This document shows positions 59,444-64,000 of a stretch of DNA of 64,000 nucleotides, in pieces (the first letter of the stretch is position 1; each line of letters begins with the position of its first letter). This DNA comes from a virus (taxonomy: Duplodnaviria; Heunggongvirae; Uroviricota; Caudoviricetes), in the IMG/VR virus record IMGVR_UViG_3300031867_003838, positions 44,671-108,670 of that record, one strand, 5' to 3'. Below the pieces are notes generated by a model. The model saw only the letters and a list, made by a program, of their open reading frames with translations. It was not told the origin of the DNA and made no database searches. A program made the position numbers and the translations under genes.

Positions 59444-60457
59444 TTACGAGTTGGAAAAATTTCTATACCGTGCTTTCAGCGCAATGACATACGGTTCAAG
59501 AGTTTCAGAAATCTTAGCATAAGGCATATTGAATTGATAATCTTCTATCAATTTGATGACTTTATTTACTTCTGTCTGAGATTTTCTGCCGCCTCTCAGC
59601 AAATAAGCTGCGGTATCTTCACCTACTTCGCCACACATATATTCGAGGAAACCCTCGTAATATAATATGTAGCGATCCATCTGTGATCCAATTTCCTCCT
59701 GAATGCCTTTGAGTATTACAGTCACACTCTGTATAATGGCCTTACGTTTATTAGAGGATGTGGCGACCTTTATAATACTCCCCTCTGTAGCTGGATGTAC
59801 TGGATAATCTCTGTAGCCACTCATACTTCTTGTATGTCTGGAACTGAATACGTACACATCTTCCAAATCGCGGTACGCGTTTGCCAACTTTTGGCTGACT
59901 TTTCTTATGCCTCTTGGCGTCATAATAGTTCTGTCATTATAATTAAAGTCAGACCTCTTTAATTCAATAAGTTCATTTGAATCTGAAGCAACTCCTTCGT
60001 AATAAGACAGCATAACCGCGGCAACTAATGCTTTATTATTATCTGGCTGTCTTTCTATCATCTGTTCGATGTCAGCCCTTTTATAATACGGCATTACGAT
60101 GACCGAGTTCTCAACGACTCTCTTGGCAAAATCAGTTGGTCTTACAGACGCAGCAGGATTCAGCATGATGATCTCTCGCTCCTGCAGATACCTGTAAAAG
60201 CCGTCCGTGATTTCATACATCTTGACGATTGTTCTGTACTTAAATAGCTTTTCTCCTGTCAAATTGACAAAGAAGTCGTACAGATCTACCTCGGTGAAAT
60301 CAGAGAGCAGCTTGCCAGTTTTGTCGAAGTAGTCAGACGCTCTCGTTACCAAAAGTGATTGTTTTTGATAATTCGCGTCGCCTTCTTTTGCTATAAAATC
60401 TTCAACCAGGGTTAAATATTCTTGCTTTGTCATAGGCATCTCCTTTCTATAGTCCAA
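59444..60457 (-). CDS. Hypothetical protein
   Basis: 337 aa. No convincing catalytic motif. Confidence 0.4.
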   Translation of the reverse strand: MDYRKEMPMTKQEYLTLVEDFIAKEGDANYQKQSLLVTRASDYFDKTGKLLSDFTEVDLYDFFVNLTGEKLFKYRTIVKMYEITDGFYRYLQEREIIMLNPAASVRPTDFAKRVVENSVIVMPYYKRADIEQMIERQPDNNKALVAAVMLSYYEGVASDSNELIELKRSDFNYNDRTIMTPRGIRKVSQKLANAYRDLEDVYVFSSRHTRSMSGYRDYPVHPATEGSIIKVATSSNKRKAIIQSVTVILKGIQEEIGSQMDRYILYYEGFLEYMCGEVGEDTAAYLLRGGRKSQTEVNKVIKLIEDYQFNMPYAKISETLEPYVIALKARYRNFSNS

Positions 60458-60624
60458 TTATACTCTATTATTTTAGAGCAGTCAATTACAGGAAACGCCC
60501 CTTATCTCCCCCTTATTTACTGCATTTTCTGATAATTCTACCTCCTTTCTAAGTAATATTGTACTCTAGTATTTCGGTTTTGTCAATCATTTTTCGTGGG
60601 CTGAAATTGTCATAACGCTCCTCT

Positions 60625-60951
60625 TTATATTTTTTGATTTATTGAAGGCATATTACTCACAAAATCCAATACGCTCTCTGCGGAAATGGAATGCATACCG
60701 TTTGTTTTAACACCATGTTCAATAACTCTTCTCAGGCGTTCCTGGATCTCTTTACGACTCACCGCATCTTCAAGTATCTCCAGAGAAGTGATGGCCATAC
60801 GCATTGCTTCATCGTATTTTGCGGCGATAAAACTAGTGTCTTTACACTGTTCACCCGTATATGGCGAATCACCATCGTCAAGTAAACATTTCAATATTTT
60901 AATTGCCTCGTCAATTGTCATTGTTTGCCGTTCTTTCTCATTGTATGTCAT
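60625..60951 (-). CDS. Hypothetical protein
   Basis: 108 aa ORF. Confidence 0.4.
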   Translation of the reverse strand: MTYNEKERQTMTIDEAIKILKCLLDDGDSPYTGEQCKDTSFIAAKYDEAMRMAITSLEILEDAVSRKEIQERLRRVIEHGVKTNGMHSISAESVLDFVSNMPSINQKI

Positions 60952-60953
60952 GT

Positions 60954-61253
60954 TTATTCTTGTTCACTTCTCATTCCAGTAGTTATCCTATGCCACAGGC
61001 CTTTGTGCCATACCTCTGCTTTTCCGATCTCCACAGATATCTCGGCAAAGAATCTGTTTACTGGAATCGGCCTATCTGGGCGATATCCGATGAAATATAT
61101 CATGATCAAATCGTTCTTTGATAATGCGTTCTGTAGGGTCTTAATCTTCAGCGATAAATCTGCTTCGTCCTTAGCTCTCAAGACATACTTACCACCTTCT
61201 GGTGGGATATTATCAACTACTGGAAAACCCAGATCAAACGGAGTGCTACTCAT
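60954..61253 (-). CDS. Hypothetical protein
   Basis: 99 aa ORF. Confidence 0.4.
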   Translation of the reverse strand: MSSTPFDLGFPVVDNIPPEGGKYVLRAKDEADLSLKIKTLQNALSKNDLIMIYFIGYRPDRPIPVNRFFAEISVEIGKAEVWHKGLWHRITTGMRSEQE

Positions 61254-61884
61254 CCTGTTTACCTCTCATATCCGCAGAACAATTAGGGCAGAAGTTCATT
61301 TCAACATCTCCACAATCAATTTCAAGGTACGCTCCGCATTCAGAACATTTATACCCATATTGATAATTATCAAGCCACCGCCCAGTCTTCCGCTTCGGCG
61401 TGACGGATGGCACAGTGTCGAGTGCTTCTCTGATTTCTGTACCATTCAGTTCCCAAGTTTCACCAAGTCTGTATCTACGTGAGCGTTGTCCTTTTTCTAT
61501 CATTGCTTCATAAACAGCTTCTCTACTCACCGCATCCTCGCACGGTTCTGGTTCTCCACGCAATTCGACTACAAGTGCATAAAGCCGATGGATTCCAATT
61601 TTCTCAGCGAGATAATAAACATCTGCCCTCGGATCATCACACGGTTCAAGCTGTGCATCTTTTCTCCCTTGTTCATACGCTTTCATTAACAAATCCGCAT
61701 AAAAGTCAAACGCATAATTATATGTATTCCAGTCTATAACTCCGCAAGAATTTAACCCGTTCAAATAATCGGCCGACTCTGACTTTATCTTTTCTATTTC
61801 TGACGCTGTTTCAACTATCCCCCAACTCATCGGTTCTCCTTTCTGCTCTGTATGGCTCTGGCTCCGGCATCCACGCAATGACAT
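61246..61884 (-). CDS. Hypothetical protein with C-terminal Zn-ribbon (CSECG...CPNC)
   Basis: 212 aa; the start may be the internal ATG near 61830. Confidence 0.4.
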   Translation of the reverse strand: MSLRGCRSQSHTEQKGEPMSWGIVETASEIEKIKSESADYLNGLNSCGVIDWNTYNYAFDFYADLLMKAYEQGRKDAQLEPCDDPRADVYYLAEKIGIHRLYALVVELRGEPEPCEDAVSREAVYEAMIEKGQRSRRYRLGETWELNGTEIREALDTVPSVTPKRKTGRWLDNYQYGYKCSECGAYLEIDCGDVEMNFCPNCSADMRGKQDE

Positions 61885-62224
61885 TCAAAATTTTACAGTA
61901 GCCATATTCAGAACTAAGATAATACCACCCGGATTCGCCACGATTGCCGAAGAAATCCTCTTCATCAACATTGAATAAGTCTGTCGAATATGTCCCCCTG
62001 TCAACTAAAAAATTATTTGAACACCTGACAGATACCAGACAATTTTCACCGTCTTCCGGCATCCTCTCACTGACAGGTATCCACCGCTGTTCAGGCTGTG
62101 CGGATGGCAGTTTATTCAGTAAATCAACGATACTCTTTGTATCCATATAACCATAAGCACCATCCGTATTTGACTCTTTTAGCACTGCATCAATCGCCGT
62201 ATCTAAATCAATCAACCTACTCAT
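61811..62224 (-). CDS. Hypothetical protein
   Basis: 137 aa ORF. Confidence 0.4.
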   Translation of the reverse strand: MSRLIDLDTAIDAVLKESNTDGAYGYMDTKSIVDLLNKLPSAQPEQRWIPVSERMPEDGENCLVSVRCSNNFLVDRGTYSTDLFNVDEEDFFGNRGESGWYYLSSEYGYCKILNVIAWMPEPEPYRAERRTDELGDS

Positions 62225-62786
62225 CAGTTCTCCTTACCACAAAAGTGCAATAATCATCAGGTCTCCTCCATCTATCTCCGTCCAGTTCACAGGTGTACCA
62301 CTGCTCTTGTGGTATGCGATTATCTGCGAAGTAATAATGTTTGCAGTCTCCGCACCGCATGATTTCAGGCTGTACGGATGGCAGATTTGCGATAGCAGAT
62401 ACAGCATCTTCAGGGTCAAGTAATGCTGTCATCGGTGGTTGTGCCCCACCATAAAATCCACCATCATCTGCCCACCATGTAGGCAATCCCTTCAGCGCAT
62501 CAATCGCCGCCTGTCTGCTGATCGTGTCACTGACATTTGTGTCGGGAACATCCTGTGCACGAACTGCGGAGATCGCCATGTCAAACGCTTCGTTGATTGG
62601 CTGAATGGTTGACTCTAACCACGATTTATCATCTAATAAAATCTTTCTTACTTGATCCAAAAAGTAAATTACTTCTTTTTTCGTCATCGCTCGCACTCCT
62701 GTCATTGGCAACTTGTCCACGACTGGGACAAAAATTTCTGCGACATATTTTTTCTTCTCCTTAGTTCCTGCAACTCTCTTAGCCAT
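62217..62786 (-). CDS. Hypothetical protein
   Basis: 189 aa ORF. Confidence 0.4.
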   Translation of the reverse strand: MAKRVAGTKEKKKYVAEIFVPVVDKLPMTGVRAMTKKEVIYFLDQVRKILLDDKSWLESTIQPINEAFDMAISAVRAQDVPDTNVSDTISRQAAIDALKGLPTWWADDGGFYGGAQPPMTALLDPEDAVSAIANLPSVQPEIMRCGDCKHYYFADNRIPQEQWYTCELDGDRWRRPDDYCTFVVRRTDE

Positions 62787-62965
62787 TCCGCAAGTTGCCT
62801 GTGTTCATCAGCGCATTTCTTACATTCGACATATACACCTTCAGCATATTTTCGATCTGGATGAGTTTCCAATTTTGAAACTCGATAGAATTCCTTCGCA
62901 GCATCATCGCTTTCTTTCGCTACTTCCTCACAATGCTTAATTGCAGATTCTAAATCTAACACCAT
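62702..62965 (-). CDS. Hypothetical protein
   Basis: 87 aa ORF. Confidence 0.35.
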   Translation of the reverse strand: MVLDLESAIKHCEEVAKESDDAAKEFYRVSKLETHPDRKYAEGVYVECKKCADEHRQLAEWLRELQELRRRKNMSQKFLSQSWTSCQ

Positions 62966-63609
62966 TACACCACCTTTCTAAAGTGATAACCTCTTGCATT
63001 CTCGCTTAAACCACTTAATACATTTTGAATTGACGTTCTTAATATTCCCATATCTTCCGATGCCTGTTTGATACTTTCGTAAACAATTTTTGTTTCAATA
63101 CATTCAATGGATTTTTTATTACTTCCTTCTTTTCCTTTATGTGCATTGCTCATATTCTTCCGTCCTTGTTCCGATAATTTCTTGCCTTTTTTGTTTTTAC
63201 TAACCTTTTCTCTGGACTCGTCAGACCAAACTCTATTGTGTGCGTGTTCAGCCATCTTTTTTCTTCGATTATCACTATCTAAAACATTCCAAGCATGATA
63301 ATTATTCTCTTCTGAAGTACACCATTCTAAATTCTCGATTCTATTATCATCCTTAATTCCATTTATGTGATTTATATATGGCTTCCCTTCTGGGTTTGAT
63401 ATAAATGCTTCAGCTATCAATCTATGAATTTTATATAACTTTCTTTTTTGATGATGATATAAAGCACAAACCAAATATCCATATTTATCATGTTGCAGCT
63501 TTTTTAATTTACCTGTAATATCATTTCTTATTAATCCCGTATTTGATACACTATAGTTAGGAAAATCTTTTATCTTTTTCCACCTTATCGCTTCTTCCAG
63601 TTTCATCAC
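62965..63609 (-). CDS. Free-standing HNH homing endonuclease (HNH_3 + NUMOD-like repeats)
   Basis: INHINGIKDDNRIENLEWCTSEEN HNH core. K/R-rich C-terminal repeats KGKKLSEQGRKNMSNAHKGK. Confidence 0.6.
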   Translation of the reverse strand: MMKLEEAIRWKKIKDFPNYSVSNTGLIRNDITGKLKKLQHDKYGYLVCALYHHQKRKLYKIHRLIAEAFISNPEGKPYINHINGIKDDNRIENLEWCTSEENNYHAWNVLDSDNRRKKMAEHAHNRVWSDESREKVSKNKKGKKLSEQGRKNMSNAHKGKEGSNKKSIECIETKIVYESIKQASEDMGILRTSIQNVLSGLSENARGYHFRKVV

Positions 63610-63809
63610 TCGCCATCCTTATCTATCCATTCGCATTCAGCACTGTCTAACGCATCTTGCAATTCTTCTATAGCAGTTTCTGTTGTGATCATCCCTTTGT
63701 ATTCTTTTAGATAAGTCCTAAACAGCCGCATAACTTCAGACGGATTAACGTAATACATCACTCGTTCTCCTGTTTTATAAAAATTTGTTCCCACATCCAA
63801 TTCATACAC
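63606..63809 (-). CDS. Hypothetical small protein
   Basis: 67 aa ORF. Confidence 0.35.
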   Translation of the reverse strand: MYELDVGTNFYKTGERVMYYVNPSEVMRLFRTYLKEYKGMITTETAIEELQDALDSAECEWIDKDGE

Positions 63810-63949
63810 ACGAGCATCTGGTATTTAGGTATACTATTGTGATTCTCCATATCGATTACTGTACGGATAGCATCTCCTTTTTCTGCTATCGAATACCTAC
63901 TATCAAATAGGTTTTTAAAAATCGCTACTGCTGTTCCTTTGTCCATCAC
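63758..63949 (-). CDS. Hypothetical small protein
   Basis: 63 aa ORF. Confidence 0.3.
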   Translation of the reverse strand: MMDKGTAVAIFKNLFDSRYSIAEKGDAIRTVIDMENHNSIPKYQMLVCMNWMWEQIFIKQENE

Positions 63950-64000
63950 TCGCTCTCCATATATCTAAACCCATCTTTTCTTCTTTTTCTGCGGCTTAGT

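Noticed and set aside
59444-60457. Second tyrosine recombinase
   Set aside because: The N-terminus is vaguely SAM-like, but no R...HxxR...Y catalytic signature could be located.
1-64000. CRISPR arrays or stop-codon recoding
   Set aside because: No regularly spaced direct repeats of CRISPR type were seen. Long uninterrupted ORFs in the standard code argue against TAG/TGA reassignment.

Overview
This window is a 64 kb segment of a temperate tailed phage or prophage (siphovirus-like architecture) from an AT-rich, strictly anaerobic Firmicutes host.

The host call rests on GGAGG-type ribosome-binding sites (RBSs), anaerobic class III ribonucleotide reductase genes (nrdD/nrdG), CHAP/SH3b lysins, and BspA-type leucine-rich repeats (LRRs).

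Layout of the window:
- 1-44.2 kb, plus strand: the late structural and lysis operon. It holds a giant 5'-truncated tape measure protein (more than 3779 aa), Dit-like and Tal-like proteins, a long series of fibre and receptor-binding genes, and a lysis cassette.
- 44.3-45.5 kb, plus strand: a tyrosine integrase.
- 46.2-64 kb, minus strand: a leftward early and nucleotide-metabolism operon. It includes an intein-interrupted nrdD, two nrdG-like genes, dut, a glutaredoxin-like gene, an RNA/DNA ligase, a GNAT acetyltransferase, an SPFH protein and an HNH endonuclease.
- 51.9-53.5 kb: a roughly 1.6 kb non-coding structured-RNA region on the minus strand that splits the early operon. It holds tRNA-Gln(UUG) plus two atypical tRNA-like elements.

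The most notable feature is a complete diversity-generating retroelement (DGR) at 33.4-39.5 kb. It has two paralogous target genes with C-terminal variable repeats, an Avd-like gene, an AAC-rich template repeat and a reverse transcriptase (GxxxSQ and YMDD motifs). The template and variable repeats differ almost only at template adenines.

Other notable features:
- A GC-rich glycosyltransferase / UDP-glucose-dehydrogenase-like moron fused in frame into a fibre gene.
- A trio of receptor-binding-protein paralogs sharing an N-terminal domain.
- A perfect 69-bp tandem duplication inside an LRR-LamG protein.
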